Positions 11,077-24,787 of a DNA stretch of 64,000 nucleotides are shown piece by piece. Position numbers and translations under genes: made by a program. The notes beneath the pieces were generated by a model. It saw nothing but the letters and a program-made list of their open reading frames with translations, was not told the DNA's origin and made no database searches. Numbering within the stretch: position 1 is the first letter of the stretch; every line of letters starts with the position of its first letter. Source of the stretch: Escherichia coli (GTDB taxonomy: Bacteria; Pseudomonadota; Gammaproteobacteria; Enterobacterales; Enterobacteriaceae); assembly GCF_003334815.1 (NCBI RefSeq), contig NZ_QOWO01000024.1, one strand, 5' to 3'.

Positions 11077-12725
11077 TTGGGACGATACTGAATCAGCACC
11101 AGACGCTCCTGACGATCGATGGCATCTGCGGGCGGAATGGCGAGACTGTTGATATCTTCATCGCGGTCAACCGAAAGCACGAGAGTAATAATCCCCTCCT
11201 GACGATGTTGATTAAGCCAGTTTGCGAACTCATCACCGCTGACAAATCTCCCTTTCGCATCCGGATAATTAAGGCCGTATTTCAACTCACCTGTCTGGCG
11301 ATACATGATGATGTCATCGCGTTGCAGGCTCCATGCCAGACCTGCGGCAACACCGACGCTATCAGTAAGAATATAGCGGCTTGGCTGAAGTGATTCTTGT
11401 GTCATCTCGACAAAAAATTGCGGATGTTTTCCTTCCATAACTCTGTCAGGAATTGAAAATCCTACCAGCAACGCCAGCCCCAGCGGGCAAAGCGCGGCAA
11501 AAGGCCAGGTCTTTTCGACGTTTGTTAAGGTGTACCAGCCGAAAAATGCCCATAGCGAAAAAATCGACCAGGCACAAAAGACTTTATAGCTCTCGAAGGT
11601 TTGCCACACCGGCGTGTTCATTGGTCCCCACGGGGAGACCACAAATGTGGCAATAATGCCAGTGACGCCAAAAGCGATGTTAATCCAGCCATTAATCCGC
11701 AGCGCCAGAGGATTATTTTTTGCTGCCAGCAAAGCGTAATGCGCCATCAGCATTGCCAGAGATGCAAAGCAGGAAAGAATATAGGTGGGCAATTTACCTT
11801 TAGCGACGGAGAAAAACAGCAGCGGCATTATCGTCCAGCTCAACAAATAGACGGTTGCGGAATGCTTGCGGTTTTTCCAGCCTGTGTACAGTGCACCGGG
11901 GAGTAATCCCAGCCACGGCAGGCTACCGGCAATGATGACCGGCACGTAGTACCAGAACGGAGCTCTATGTTGGGCATCATCCAGTGCAAAGCGTTGAATA
12001 TGCTCAACCCAGAAAAAATAGTGCCAGAAGTTAGGCTCCCGCTGCGCTATCGCCAGTCCCCAAGGGAGAACCGTCAGTACGCAACTGATAACCGCCAGCC
12101 AGCCGTAAATAAAGAGATCTTTCCAGCGTTTTTGCGTCGCTACCCATGGCAGCACGCTTAATACCGGCACGGCAAGGGCGAGAAAACCTTTGGTCATCAC
12201 CCCCATGCCGCAGGTGATTCCCAGCAGTAAAAATCCTGCGCTTTTGCCTTTCCACGTCTGTGCCTGCATTGCCAGCCAGAAGCTGCACATTCCCGCCACC
12301 AGCCAGAATGCAATAAACGGATCGAGCACGGCATAAGTGCCGATGGCATAGACAATAAACAATGAGAGATAAATTACTGTGGCGAGTAGAGCCAGACGTT
12401 TATCGCGCCATAAGCGCAGAGTAAACCAGGTCACCAGCGCGGCAGTTAACAGGGTCGCAAAGATAACGCCTGCCCGCACACCAAAGTTATTCGCGCCAAA
12501 TAGCCATTGCCCAATGCTGTTAATCCAGTATCCGGCAATGGGTTTTTCGAAATAACGTAGCCCTAACAGATGGGGCACAATCCAGTCGCCGGATGCCAGC
12601 ATTTCTCGACTGATTTCCGCATAACGCGTTTCATCGGGTTGCCAGAGCAGACGCGTGCTGATCGGTAACAGGTAATAGCAGGCAATAAACGCGAAGAGGC
12701 CGATAAGGTAACGTACCGATTTCAT
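11073..12725 (-). CDS. arnT: Lipid A 4-amino-4-deoxy-L-arabinose transferase ArnT
   Basis: 550-aa polytopic membrane protein; position in arn operon. Confidence 0.9.
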
Positions 12726-13615
12726 CAGCGACTACCCGCAATTTGTTGGCAACCCAGCCAGCCTTCACGTCCGGCAATATTTCCGCGAACAACTTGTCCG
12801 AGCGGCAACGTCTCTGATAACAGTTCGCTTAAAGGGCAAAATGTCACGCCTTCCTGAGCTGCGCGTTTGAGGAGATCCACAAAATTATGCTGATAAGCGC
12901 AGCCTTCAACTTCTGCATGAATGGTATAAACCGGCGTGCCTTTATCTCGCAGGATGCGGTTGAGTAACCAACCGTTAAAATCTTCTGCTTTCACATCCCG
13001 ACCAATCACTTCATCCCAGGTGGGTAAGGTCACCGGAATTTGCGCAGTGCCAGGGTTTCCTGATTCGAGCAATGGACGGAACGGCATGGCCCCACGACAA
13101 TCGCTGTTGTAGCGCAAATGGAACGCTTCTTTTGCTTCGATCACCTTCTGGTCGGCACGCCAGCCCGCAGCGGCAGAACAGGTTACCGGTTGACCGATAA
13201 TCTCTTCCAGAGTGCGAAGACCGCGTGCAATATCGTCGATCATTGTTTGCCGATCCCAGTTACCGCTACGGGCTTGCCAGGCATGGTGATCCCAGGCGTG
13301 CAGGCCGACTTCGTGATGTTTAGCCGCTTCACGAATGATATCGGCATTGGCATGACCAATCTCTTTACCTGGCCAGGCCGTACCTGCCAGTAAAATATCC
13401 CAGCCATAAAGCGATGCCGCGTTTGAGCGCAGCATCTTCCACAAAAACTGTGGCTTCACCAGTCGCCAGAGATGGCGGCCCATATTGTCCGGGCCGACGC
13501 TGAAAAAAATGCTGGCCTGAATATTATGCTTACTCAAGATTTCCAGCAGACGCGGCACGCCTTCACGGGTGCCACGAAAGGTATCGACATCAATGCGTAA
13601 GCCTACTTTGGTCAT
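12725..13615 (-). CDS. arnD: 4-deoxy-4-formamido-L-arabinose-phosphoundecaprenol deformylase ArnD
   Basis: 296-aa ORF, overlapping stop/start with arnT and arnA. Confidence 0.88.
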
Positions 13616-15593
13616 GATGGTTTATCCGTAAGATCAACGGTGCGCAGGAAGAAATCCAGCGTTTCGTCGATGGTTTCCTGCATATCAATTTTCGGCTCCC
13701 AGTCCAGGCAGCGGTGGGCATTGCGGATGCTCGGTTTACGATGCTCTACGTCCTGATATCCTTTGCCGTAGTAGCTGCTACTTTCGACAACGCGAAAGCC
13801 CGCAAACGGTGGGAAATGATGGCGCAGCGGATGTTTTTCGAAGCTCGCCAGCAGCATCTCGCCCAGTTCCTCAATGCTCGCTTCGTTCTCAGGATTGCCA
13901 ATGTTGATAATTTCACCGTCGCAGCGATTTCCCGCATTTTCGATAATGCGGTATAACGCCTCGATACCATCGCGAATATCAGTAAAGCAGCGTTTTTGTT
14001 TTCCGCCATCAATCAGCTTAATCGGTGAACCTTCTACCAGATTGAGAATGAGTTGCGTAATAGCGCGGGAGCTGCCAATTCGCGCTGCATTAAGGTTATC
14101 CAGTCGTGGTCCCATCCAGTTAAACGGGCGGAAGAGGGTGAACTGTAAACCCTCTTTTTCGCCATAGGCCCAGATCACCCGATCAAGTAATTGTTTTGAT
14201 ACCGAATAAATCCAGCGTGGTTTATTCACCGGGCCGACGATTAAATTAGAATGGTCCTCATCGAAGTATTTATCGCTACACATCCCATAAACTTCTGAAG
14301 TTGACGGGAAGATGATTCGCTTACGGTACTTCACGCAGTAGCGGATAATGCGCAGATTCTCTTCAAAATCGAGTTCAAATACGCGCAGCGGGTTGCGGGT
14401 ATATTCAATCGGCGTGGCTATCGCCACCAGCGGCAAGACGACATCACATTTTTTGACATGATACTCAATCCATTCGGAATGAATACTGATATCGCCTTCA
14501 ACAAAGTGAAAATGCGGATGATTCAGAAAACGGCTTATCGCATCGCTGCCAATATCCAGACCGTAAACTTCATAATGATCTTCGCGCAGCAGGCGTTCTG
14601 TCAGATGGTTGCCAATAAAGCCATTCACCCCGAGGATGAGTACCCGGGTACGGCGTCGGGCGGTGCAGGCAGGCTGGCTATTCAAGCGTGAACCTTGCAC
14701 CAGGCCCAGCGTCTGCGCTAATTGCGAGCCCTGCATAGTAATGCCGTCGCCCGCCTGTCCGGTGACGATTTCCAGCGCGCCATCGCCACAGGCAATCAGC
14801 AGTGGCGCAACAGAAATCACGCTCCCCGGCTGTGCTTTGCTGGCACGAGGATGAACACGCGACGACCAGACGGTGAATTTCTGATTGCCAACATAGCTGA
14901 AGGCACCCGGCCACGGATCGGCAACGGCACGTACCATGTTGTGCAGTACGGATGCCGGTTTATGCCATTCAAGGAAACTGTCATCCGGCGTTCTGCGACC
15001 AAAACAGGTGGCTTCGTTTTCGCGCTGGGCGATTTCCAGAATATTACCGTGTTTAATGGCGGGTAATGTCTGTTCCAGTAGCTGGCGCGCGGCATGGCAC
15101 AATTTATGATGCAGCGTAATAGCGATATCGTCTGGCGCAATGGCAATGCGCAGTTGCGCCACAATGGCCCCGGCATCGGCACGTTTCACCATTCGGTGCA
15201 ATGTAACGCCAGTTTCCGTTTCACCGTTGACCAGCACCCAGTTCAGCGGCGCGCGACCACGATATTTTGGTAACAGCGAACCATGCAGATTAAATGCACC
15301 TGCGGGAGCGAGCTGCAAAATTTCGTCGTAAATAAGATGGCGATAATAAAAAGAGAAAATCACATCTGGCGACAGTTGGGCAATGCGTTCCACCCACAGC
15401 GGATGATTAACGTTATCCGGCGCATAAACCGGAATGCCTCTTTCCGCCGCCAGACGAGCCACCGAACCATAAAAGGCTTTTTCACCGGGATTATCAGTAT
15501 GGGTAAAAATGGCGCTAATTTCGTAACCGGCAGCCAGCAGGGCTTCAATACCGAGGCATCCCATATCGTGGTAGGCAAAAACGACGGTTTTCA

Positions 15594-15594
<1 letters not shown>
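13612..15594 (-). CDS. arnA: Bifunctional UDP-glucuronate decarboxylase / UDP-Ara4N formyltransferase ArnA
   Basis: 660-aa ORF; N-terminal formyltransferase region plus C-terminal Rossmann motif [10 protein letters not shown]. Confidence 0.92.
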
Positions 15595-16565
<971 letters not shown>

Positions 16566-17723
16566 TTATTGTCCTGCGAGTTGCTGAAGGGCTGTGATGA
16601 CATGGTCGGCATCGGCGGTAGTCATATCCGGGAACAGCGGCAAAGAACAGATGCGTTCGCTATTCCATTCGGTATTCGGTAACGACAGCGTGGGAAAACG
16701 CTCGCGATAATATTTTTGTGTGTGAGCGGCGCGGAAATGTAACCCGGTACCAATGCCTCTTTCTTTTAACGCTTCCATCAACGCATCGCGACTGATACCA
16801 CAACGTTGTTCATCGACACGAATAATAAACAGATGCCAGGCGTGAACGTGCGGCCAGGCGGGAAGGCTTAATGGCTGAAAGGGGAGAGCTGCCAGTGCTT
16901 GCTGATATTGCTGGGCAATTTCGCGCCGACGGGTGTTGAGGTGCTCTAATTTGACTAACTGTGTCAGGGCAATCGCGGCGTTAATATCGGTCAGATTGTA
17001 CTTATAGCCCGGTGTTAAGACTTCAGCCTGCGGTGCACGGCCCCAGGTTTGTCTGTCATAGGCATCGACACCCAGACCGTGAAATTTCAGCATCCGTAGC
17101 TGGCGGGCAAGGTTTTCATTATCAGTTACAATCAGGCCACCTTCAGCACAGGTAATATTTTTAATGGCATGAAATGAAAAAATAGCGGTACCTTTTGCGC
17201 CAATATGTCGCCCTTTGTAATACGTACCGACGGCATGGGCAGCATCTTCGATAACTGCGATGCCGTAACGTTCGCCAATGGCGCGAATGGCGTCAATATC
17301 TGCTGGCGCACCGGCATAATGCACCGGAATGATGGCTTTAGTGCGTGGCGTAATGGCTGACTCGATAGCTTCAGGCGTGACCATCAGCGTATCGCGGTCG
17401 ACATCCACCATTACCGGCGTTGCACCCAACAAGGAAATCATATTGAGGGTTGAAACCCAGGTCAGGGAAGGCGTAATCACTTCATCGCCCTTGCCAATTT
17501 TCAACGCCATTAGCGTGATATGCATTCCGGCGGTGGCTGAACTGACCGCGATGGCATGCTGATTTCCCGTCAACTGGCAAAAAGCTTGCTCAAGCGCCTG
17601 ATTCTTCGGACCGGTTGTGATCCAACCGGATTCGAGAACCTCTTTAACTGCAGCGAGTTCCTCCACGCCCATTGCTGGTCGCGAAAAAGGCAAAAATTCT
17701 GACATTGCTTTTCCTTCCGCCAT
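16566..17723 (-). CDS. arnB: UDP-4-amino-4-deoxy-L-arabinose--oxoglutarate aminotransferase ArnB
   Basis: ORF-track frame trimmed to [10 protein letters not shown] (start could be the next Met at 17705); PLP aminotransferase (DegT/ArnB) family. Confidence 0.86.
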   Translation of the reverse strand: MAEGKAMSEFLPFSRPAMGVEELAAVKEVLESGWITTGPKNQALEQAFCQLTGNQHAIAVSSATAGMHITLMALKIGKGDEVITPSLTWVSTLNMISLLGATPVMVDVDRDTLMVTPEAIESAITPRTKAIIPVHYAGAPADIDAIRAIGERYGIAVIEDAAHAVGTYYKGRHIGAKGTAIFSFHAIKNITCAEGGLIVTDNENLARQLRMLKFHGLGVDAYDRQTWGRAPQAEVLTPGYKYNLTDINAAIALTQLVKLEHLNTRRREIAQQYQQALAALPFQPLSLPAWPHVHAWHLFIIRVDEQRCGISRDALMEALKERGIGTGLHFRAAHTQKYYRERFPTLSLPNTEWNSERICSLPLFPDMTTADADHVITALQQLAGQ

Positions 17724-17803
17724 TGAATACCTGTCCACTTATATTTGCTATAAAGAGTGTTGTGTATATTTTGCCATTTGGAGCGAAATTTTAAGGATAG
17801 AAT

Positions 17804-17820
17804 ATTAACTTAACCTTAAG
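17804..17820 (-). promoter_or_regulatory. Putative PmrA (BasR) box upstream of arnB
   Basis: Minus strand reads CTTAAG-GTTAA-GTTAAT (two hexamer half-sites with 5-bp spacer), followed about 10 bp downstream by TAAAAT; about 95 bp upstream of arnB start. Confidence 0.55.
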
Positions 17821-18012
17821 AAACTAATATTAGACGTAAATATTGAAATTTTTATATTTTTTCTTATTTAGGCTTTGCATTTGGCAAAATTTTGAGGCAT
17901 TTTGCCGACATCGTAGGATTTTTAATATTACACCAACTGCGAATTATCGCCAGAAATGTAGCTCAATTTCACGGTAATTGTCTGGTTGCGCTTGTCTATA
18001 GGTGGAGTTTAC

Positions 18013-18615
18013 GTGTTAGCTTTTTGCCGCTCTTCGTTGAAGTCAAAAAAATATATCATCATTTTACTGGCGCTCGCTGCAATTGCCGGACTGGGTACTC
18101 ATGCCGCCTGGAGTAGCAATGGTTTGCCACGTATCGACAATAAAACACTGGCCAGACTGGCACAGCAGCACCCGGTTGTCGTTTTGTTTCGTCATGCTGA
18201 ACGTTGCGACCGTTCAACCAATCAATGCTTGTCAGATAAAACAGGTATTACGGTTAAAGGTACCCAGGATGCCCGTGAACTGGGCAACGCTTTTAGTGCT
18301 GATATCCCTGATTTCGATCTTTATTCCAGTAATACCGTCCGGACCATTCAGTCGGCTACCTGGTTTTCAGCGGGTAAAAAATTGACGGTAGATAAACGAC
18401 TTCTTCAGTGCGGTAATGAGATTTATAGTGCAATTAAGGACTTACAAAGCAAAGCGCCTGATAAAAATATCGTTATTTTCACCCATAATCATTGCCTGAC
18501 ATATATTGCTAAAGATAAGCGTGACGCGACATTTAAACCTGATTATCTGGATGGTTTAGTCATGCATGTGGAAAAAGGCAAAGTTTATCTGGATGGGGAA
18601 TTCGTTAACCACTAA
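18013..18615 (+). CDS. ais: Ais (PmrG-like) histidine-phosphatase-fold protein
   Basis: ORF-track frame trimmed to GTG at 18013 (VLAFCRSS); signal peptide; histidine phosphatase motif LFRHAERCD. Confidence 0.75.
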   Translation: MLAFCRSSLKSKKYIIILLALAAIAGLGTHAAWSSNGLPRIDNKTLARLAQQHPVVVLFRHAERCDRSTNQCLSDKTGITVKGTQDARELGNAFSADIPDFDLYSSNTVRTIQSATWFSAGKKLTVDKRLLQCGNEIYSAIKDLQSKAPDKNIVIFTHNHCLTYIAKDKRDATFKPDYLDGLVMHVEKGKVYLDGEFVNH

Positions 18616-18625
18616 ATTTTCAATC

Positions 18626-18647
18626 TGACAGCCAGTAATGGCTGTCA
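18626..18647. terminator. Shared hairpin between convergent ais and nudI
   Basis: Perfect 8-bp stem tgacagcc / ggctgtca with 6-nt loop inside the 38-bp convergent spacer; weak U-tracts either side. Confidence 0.4.
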
Positions 18648-18653
18648 TCATTG

Positions 18654-19079
18654 TTACAGAAGACCTTTCAAACGTAACGTTTTTCGGGTGGCGACATTCA
18701 AATCATAATGCACCAGATCTTCAGGTTTTACCCACGCGTAGTCCTGAAACTCTTCGTTTATTTTCACTTCTCGGTTGGCAGAAACGCAGTCAAAAATCAG
18801 GTAAATCATATAAATCTCTTCCTTGCGACCATCTGCATACGTCTTGGTGCGAATATCATCGCTGAAGGTCCACGGCGTGATTTCTGTCAAAAGCAGCTGT
18901 TCTCCCAGTTCTTCGCGAATTTCGCGGCGTAGTGCCTCTTCAATTCGTTCGCCAGGCTCCACGCCGCCACCCGAAATCGCCCATTGACCGGGGAAAACGC
19001 CGCGATCGTCGGCCATTTTACACAGCAAATAAGCACCATCATTTTGAATCAAAGGGCATACAATAGTCCGTTGTCGCAC
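18654..19079 (-). CDS. nudI: Nudix hydrolase NudI
   Basis: 141-aa ORF with Nudix box [24 protein letters not shown]. Confidence 0.86.
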
Positions 19080-19357
19080 AGGGATATTCCTTATAAATAA
19101 AAAGAAACCATGAGAATACGGTAACTCACAAATATGTGAAAGTGACAGTAATCTCTTTTGCGATGATAACTGTACTTATTATTATTTTTGTGTGTATCGA
19201 TAAAGTGTGTTTATTTTTTCGGCATTTAATTATTTAAGAAGTATTTAGTTACAATAAGTGACTAGATCCTTTTTTTCGCTCATTGAATCCTCTGTGCCAG
19301 GCAGTACAATCCCGCAGCTTTGGGAATTTTGATTAATTGCTTGTGGGAAAGGGGATA

Positions 19358-19900
19358 ATGAAAAAAATTGCGCTAGCAGGTCTGGCCGGAATGCTGTTGG
19401 TTTCTGCATCGGTCAATGCAATGAGCATCAGCGGTCAGGCGGGTAAAGAATACACCAATATTGGTGTCGGTTTTGGGACTGAAACGACGGGCCTGGCGTT
19501 AAGCGGTAACTGGACACATAACGACGACGACGGTGATGTCGCTGGCGTGGGGCTGGGGTTGAATCTGCCTCTCGGGCCGTTAATGGCGACCGTTGGCGGA
19601 AAAGGCGTTTACACCAACCCGAATTACGGCGATGAAGGTTATGCCGCAGCGGTAGGAGGTGGTTTGCAGTGGAAAATTGGCAACAGCTTCCGTTTGTTTG
19701 GCGAGTATTACTACTCTCCGGATTCGCTCTCCAGCGGTATTCAAAGTTATGAAGAAGCGAATGCTGGCGCGCGTTACACCATTATGCGTCCAGTCAGTAT
19801 TGAGGCGGGTTATCGCTACCTGAATCTGTCGGGTAAAGACGGTAACCGCGACAACGCCGTGGCTGACGGCCCGTATGTTGGGGTTAACGCCAGTTTCTGA
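19358..19900 (+). CDS. yfaZ: YfaZ-family outer membrane protein
   Basis: ORF-track frame trimmed to MKKIALAGLAG (180 aa); signal peptide; C-terminal aromatic residue (NASF) typical of beta-barrel OMPs. Confidence 0.75.
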   Translation: MKKIALAGLAGMLLVSASVNAMSISGQAGKEYTNIGVGFGTETTGLALSGNWTHNDDDGDVAGVGLGLNLPLGPLMATVGGKGVYTNPNYGDEGYAAAVGGGLQWKIGNSFRLFGEYYYSPDSLSSGIQSYEEANAGARYTIMRPVSIEAGYRYLNLSGKDGNRDNAVADGPYVGVNASF

Positions 19901-19999
19901 TCCCTTCCGGCGCGGCATTCTGTCGCGCCATTCAGTTTCTTACTACGCCTTATCTCCCTTTGCGTTATAGTGATTCGATAACAAAAGCAGGAGATAACC

Positions 20000-21202
20000 A
20001 TGTTAAAAGTGGAAATGTTATCCACCGGGGATGAAGTGTTACACGGGCAAATCGTTGACACTAACGCTGCCTGGCTGGCCGATTTTTTCTTTCATCAGGG
20101 GTTGCCATTATCTCGCCGCAATACGGTGGGGGATAACCTTGATGACTTAGTCACCATTCTTCGCGAACGTAGTCAGCACGCCGATGTGCTGATCGTTAAC
20201 GGCGGGCTGGGACCGACCAGCGATGATTTAAGCGCACTCGCCGCTGCGACAGCAAAAGGTGAAGGCCTGGTGCTGCATGAAGCCTGGCTCAAAGAGATGG
20301 AACGCTATTTCCACGAACGTGGACGAGTAATGGCACCGAGCAACCGTAAACAAGCGGAGCTGCCTGCCAGTGCTGAATTTATCAATAACCCGGTAGGCAC
20401 CGCCTGTGGTTTTGCCGTGCAGCTTAATCGTTGCCTGATGTTCTTTACTCCCGGCGTACCGTCAGAATTTAAGGTGATGGTCGAGCACGAAATCCTGCCG
20501 CGCCTGCGCGAGCGTTTTTCTTTACCGCAGCCGCCGGTTTGTCTGCGTTTGACTACTTTTGGTCGTTCGGAAAGCGATCTGGCACAAAGCCTGGACACTC
20601 TACAACTGCCGCCGGGCGTAACAATGGGCTATCGCTCCTCAATGCCTATCATCGAACTGAAACTCACCGGACCGGCAAGCGAGCAACAGGCGATGGAAAA
20701 ACTGTGGCTGGATGTTAAACGTGTTGCCGGACAGAGCGTGATTTTCGAAGGCACTGAAGGACTGCCCGCGCAGATCAGTCGCGAATTGCAAAACCGCCAG
20801 TTCAGCCTGACGTTGAGCGAGCAATTCACCGGTGGTTTATTGGCTTTGCAACTTTCTCGCGCAGGTGCTCCATTGCTGGCGTGTGAAGTGGTTCCTTCAC
20901 AGGAGGAAACCCTGGCGCAAACTGCGCACTGGATTACAGAACGGCGGGCCAACCATTTTGCCGGGCTGGCACTGGCTGTTTCGGGTTTCGAGAACGAGCA
21001 TCTCAACTTTGCGCTAGCCACGCCAGACGGCACTTTCGCTCTGCGTGTGCGTTTCAGCACTACGCGCTACAGCCTGGCTATCCGTCAGGAAGTGTGCGCA
21101 ATGATGGCACTGAATATGCTGCGCCGTTGGTTAAACGGCCAGGATATCGCCAGTGAGCATGGCTGGATTGAGGTTGTTGAGTCCATGACCTTATCTGTCT
21201 GA
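20000..21202 (+). CDS. yfaY: CinA-like protein YfaY
   Basis: 400-aa ORF with MoCF-binding-like N-terminus (MLSTGDEVLHGQIVDTNAAWLA). Confidence 0.8.
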   Translation: MLKVEMLSTGDEVLHGQIVDTNAAWLADFFFHQGLPLSRRNTVGDNLDDLVTILRERSQHADVLIVNGGLGPTSDDLSALAAATAKGEGLVLHEAWLKEMERYFHERGRVMAPSNRKQAELPASAEFINNPVGTACGFAVQLNRCLMFFTPGVPSEFKVMVEHEILPRLRERFSLPQPPVCLRLTTFGRSESDLAQSLDTLQLPPGVTMGYRSSMPIIELKLTGPASEQQAMEKLWLDVKRVAGQSVIFEGTEGLPAQISRELQNRQFSLTLSEQFTGGLLALQLSRAGAPLLACEVVPSQEETLAQTAHWITERRANHFAGLALAVSGFENEHLNFALATPDGTFALRVRFSTTRYSLAIRQEVCAMMALNMLRRWLNGQDIASEHGWIEVVESMTLSV

Positions 21203-21421
21203 TTCCGCCACTCTGTGCCGGTTTACTGCACCGGCACATTCCCCCTCCGGCAAAATTTGTCCAACCTGTTGTACTCAATAAGAAAAAATCCGTGCGCTGA
21301 TTCACAAATTTGTGCGTAATTTCTCCAGTCTGCTGGACGAGGAGCGGGATTTGATGCGCTTCACAATTTTACTCCCCCTGAGCAACGAGACTGATTCCAG
21401 TATCTAAGACTGGAGTCCAGT

Positions 21422-22204
21422 ATGTTGGAATCAAGCAAAGTTCCCGCCCTGACACGGGCTATTGATATTCTCAATTTGATTGCCCGCATTGGCCCCTGTA
21501 GTGCTGCGACGATCATTGACACATTGGGAATCCCTAAAAGCACGGCCTATTTGCTGCTTAATGAACTCAGGCGTCAGCGTTTTCTTAGCCTTGATCACCA
21601 GGAAAATTTTTGTTTGTGGACCAGGCTGGTGGAGCTTTCCGGTCATGCGTTAAGCAAGATGGATCTCCGGGAACTGGCTCGACCGCGTTTGACGCAACTG
21701 ATGGATACCACCGGGCTGTTATGTCACCTGGGGATTATTGATAACGGCAGCGCTTATTACATTTTGAAAGTGGAGTCATCAGCCACTATCAGCGTGCGTT
21801 CCCATGAAGGAAAAAGCCTTTCGCTTTATCGCTCCGGAATAGGTAAATGCCTGCTTGCCTGGCAACCTGCAGCGGTACAGCAAAGTATTATCGAAGGGCT
21901 GGTCTGGGAGCAGGCGACACCCACAACGATTACTCATCCACAGCAACTTCACGAAGAACTGGCGCGTATTCGCCGTCAGGGCTGGAGCTATGACAACGGC
22001 GAAGATTACGCCGATGTCCGTTGTGTCGCTGCGCCGGTGTTTAACGCCAATAACGAGCTTACCGCTGCGATCTCGGTGGTCGGTACCCGCTTACAAATCA
22101 ATGAAGAATACCGTGATTATCTGGCGGGCAAGGCCATTGCCTGCGCCAGGGATATTTCACGTCTGTTGGGATGGAAAAGTCCCTTTGACTTACAAGCCTC
22201 ATAA
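21422..22204 (+). CDS. rhmR: IclR-family transcriptional regulator RhmR
   Basis: 260-aa ORF; N-terminal HTH ([13 protein letters not shown]), IclR-type effector domain; heads the rhm cluster. Confidence 0.8.
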   Translation: MLESSKVPALTRAIDILNLIARIGPCSAATIIDTLGIPKSTAYLLLNELRRQRFLSLDHQENFCLWTRLVELSGHALSKMDLRELARPRLTQLMDTTGLLCHLGIIDNGSAYYILKVESSATISVRSHEGKSLSLYRSGIGKCLLAWQPAAVQQSIIEGLVWEQATPTTITHPQQLHEELARIRRQGWSYDNGEDYADVRCVAAPVFNANNELTAAISVVGTRLQINEEYRDYLAGKAIACARDISRLLGWKSPFDLQAS

Positions 22205-22218
22205 CAATGGAGAACATC

Positions 22219-23424
22219 ATGACCCTACCAAAAATTAAACAGGTTCGCGCCTGGTTTACTGGCGGTGCGACAGCAGAAAAAGGCGCTGGCGGCGGTGATT
22301 ATCACGACCAGGGGGCGAATCACTGGATAGACGATCATATTGCCACCCCGATGAGTAAATACCGCGATTACGAGCAGTCACGCCAGTCATTTGGCATTAA
22401 CGTTCTTGGCACGTTGGTTGTTGAAGTCGAAGCAGAAAACGGCCAGACCGGATTCGCCGTTTCGACAGCCGGTGAAATGGGCTGTTTTATTGTCGAAAAA
22501 CATCTTAACCGTTTCATTGAGGGTAAATGTGTCAGTGATATCAAACTGATCCACGATCAAATGCTCAGTGCCACCCTGTATTACTCCGGCTCTGGTGGCC
22601 TGGTGATGAATACGGTTTCTTGTGTCGATCTGGCTCTGTGGGATCTGTTCGGCAAAGTGGTCGGGCTTCCGGTTTATAAACTTTTAGGCGGCGCTGTTCG
22701 TGATGAGATTCAGTTCTACGCCACAGGTGCGCGTCCGGATCTGGCAAAAGAGATGGGCTTTATCGGTGGCAAAATGCCGACGCACTGGGGGCCACATGAT
22801 GGCGATGCGGGGATCCGCAAAGATGCCGCTATGGTCGCGGATATGCGTGAAAAATGCGGTGAGGATTTCTGGTTAATGCTCGACTGCTGGATGAGTCAGG
22901 ACGTGAACTATGCGACCAAACTGGCCCACGCTTGCGCGCCCTATAACCTGAAATGGATCGAAGAGTGCCTGCCGCCACAGCAGTATGAAAGTTATCGCGA
23001 ACTGAAACGCAACGCGCCAGTCGGAATGATGGTCACCAGCGGTGAGCACCACGGCACACTGCAATCTTTTCGTACGCTTTCAGAAACCGGTATCGACATT
23101 ATGCAGCCGGATGTTGGCTGGTGCGGTGGTTTAACCACGCTGGTGGAAATTGCCGCAATCGCCAAATCCAGGGGGCAACTGGTGGTGCCGCACGGTTCGT
23201 CTGTTTACTCTCACCATGCGGTGATCACCTTCACCAATACGCCATTCAGCGAATTCCTGATGACCAGCCCGGATTGTTCAACGATGCGTCCGCAGTTTGA
23301 CCCGATTCTGCTCAATGAGCCGGTTCCGGTGAATGGTCGTATTCATAAATCAGTGCTTGATAAACCCGGTTTTGGCGTCGAACTCAATCGTGACTGCAAT
23401 TTGAAACGCCCCTACAGCCACTAA
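22219..23424 (+). CDS. rhmD: L-rhamnonate dehydratase RhmD (enolase superfamily)
   Basis: ORF-track frame trimmed to second ATG (MTLPKIKQ) preceded by GGAG; start at 22207 also possible. Confidence 0.85.
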   Translation: MTLPKIKQVRAWFTGGATAEKGAGGGDYHDQGANHWIDDHIATPMSKYRDYEQSRQSFGINVLGTLVVEVEAENGQTGFAVSTAGEMGCFIVEKHLNRFIEGKCVSDIKLIHDQMLSATLYYSGSGGLVMNTVSCVDLALWDLFGKVVGLPVYKLLGGAVRDEIQFYATGARPDLAKEMGFIGGKMPTHWGPHDGDAGIRKDAAMVADMREKCGEDFWLMLDCWMSQDVNYATKLAHACAPYNLKWIEECLPPQQYESYRELKRNAPVGMMVTSGEHHGTLQSFRTLSETGIDIMQPDVGWCGGLTTLVEIAAIAKSRGQLVVPHGSSVYSHHAVITFTNTPFSEFLMTSPDCSTMRPQFDPILLNEPVPVNGRIHKSVLDKPGFGVELNRDCNLKRPYSH

Positions 23425-23480
23425 TCACTCCGGGCGTTGCTGTGACAACGGTAACGCCCACATATTCTAAGGAGCTTTTT

Positions 23481-24770
23481 ATGAGCACCGCTTTGCTTGA
23501 CGCCGTGGTGAAGAAAAACCGTGTGCGTTTAATTCCGTTTATGTTGGCGCTGTATGTGCTGGCGTTTCTCGACCGTTCGAATATCGGTTTTGCCAAACAG
23601 ACCTACCAGATTGATACCGGGTTGAGTAATGAAGCTTATGCGCTGGGAGCAGGCATTTTCTTTGTGGTATATGCGTTTCTGGGTGTTCCGGCGAATCTTT
23701 TGATGCGCAAACTGGGGGCCAGAACCTGGATTGGTACGACAACACTGCTGTGGGGATTTCTTTCGGCAGCCATGGCATGGGCCGATACTGAAGCGAAATT
23801 TCTGATAGTTCGCACTCTGCTTGGTGCTGCGGAGGCCGGATTTTTCCCTGGTATGATTTATCTCACCTCGCAATGGTTTCCGCAGCGTAATCGCGCCAGC
23901 ATTATGGGGCTGTTCTATATGGGCGCACCGCTGGCGTTAACACTGGGATCACCGCTTTCCGGCGCGCTGTTGGAGATGCATGGATTTATGGGGCATCCCG
24001 GCTGGTTCTGGATGTTTGTGATTGAAGGATTGTTGGCAGTCGGTGCTGGGGTATTCACATTCTTTTGGCTTGATGACACACCGGAGCAGGCACGTTTTCT
24101 GAGTAAACAAGAAAAAACGTTGCTTATCAATCAACTGGCAAGTGAAGAACAACAGAAAGTGACTTCTCGGCTGAGCGATGCGCTGCGTAATGGCCGAGTC
24201 TGGCAACTAGCGATTATCTACCTGACCATTCAGGTGGCGGTTTACGGATTAATTTTCTTCCTGCCGACCCAGGTTGCGGCATTGCTGGGAACAAAAGTGG
24301 GCTTTACAGCGTCGGTGGTCACCGCCATTCCGTGGGTTGCGGCCTTGTTTGGGACCTGGCTTATTCCGCGCTATTCCGATAAAACCGGCGAACGGCGTAA
24401 TGTCGCAGCGCTGACATTACTGGCGGCGGGCATTGGTATTGGTCTGTCCGGGCTGCTTTCTCCAGTAATGGCGATCGTAGCGCTGTGTGTTGCAGCTATC
24501 GGGTTTATTGCCGTGCAGCCAGTGTTCTGGACGATGCCGACACAACTGCTTTCCGGTACGGCGCTGGCTGCGGGAATTGGTTTTGTAAACCTGTTTGGTG
24601 CAGTGGGCGGGTTTATTGCCCCGATCCTGCGCGTGAAAGCAGAAACGTTATTTGCCAGCGATGCGGCGGGATTACTGACGCTGGCAGCGGTGGCGGTCAT
24701 CGGTTCGCTGATTATTTTCACTCTGCGTGTAAATCGCACTGTTGCGCAGACCGACGTGGCACATCATTAA
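23481..24770 (+). CDS. rhmT: MFS transporter RhmT (L-rhamnonate)
   Basis: ORF-track frame trimmed to [12 protein letters not shown] (429 aa); multi-TM MFS pattern. Confidence 0.85.
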
Positions 24771-24787
24771 ATAGGTTAAGGAACACG

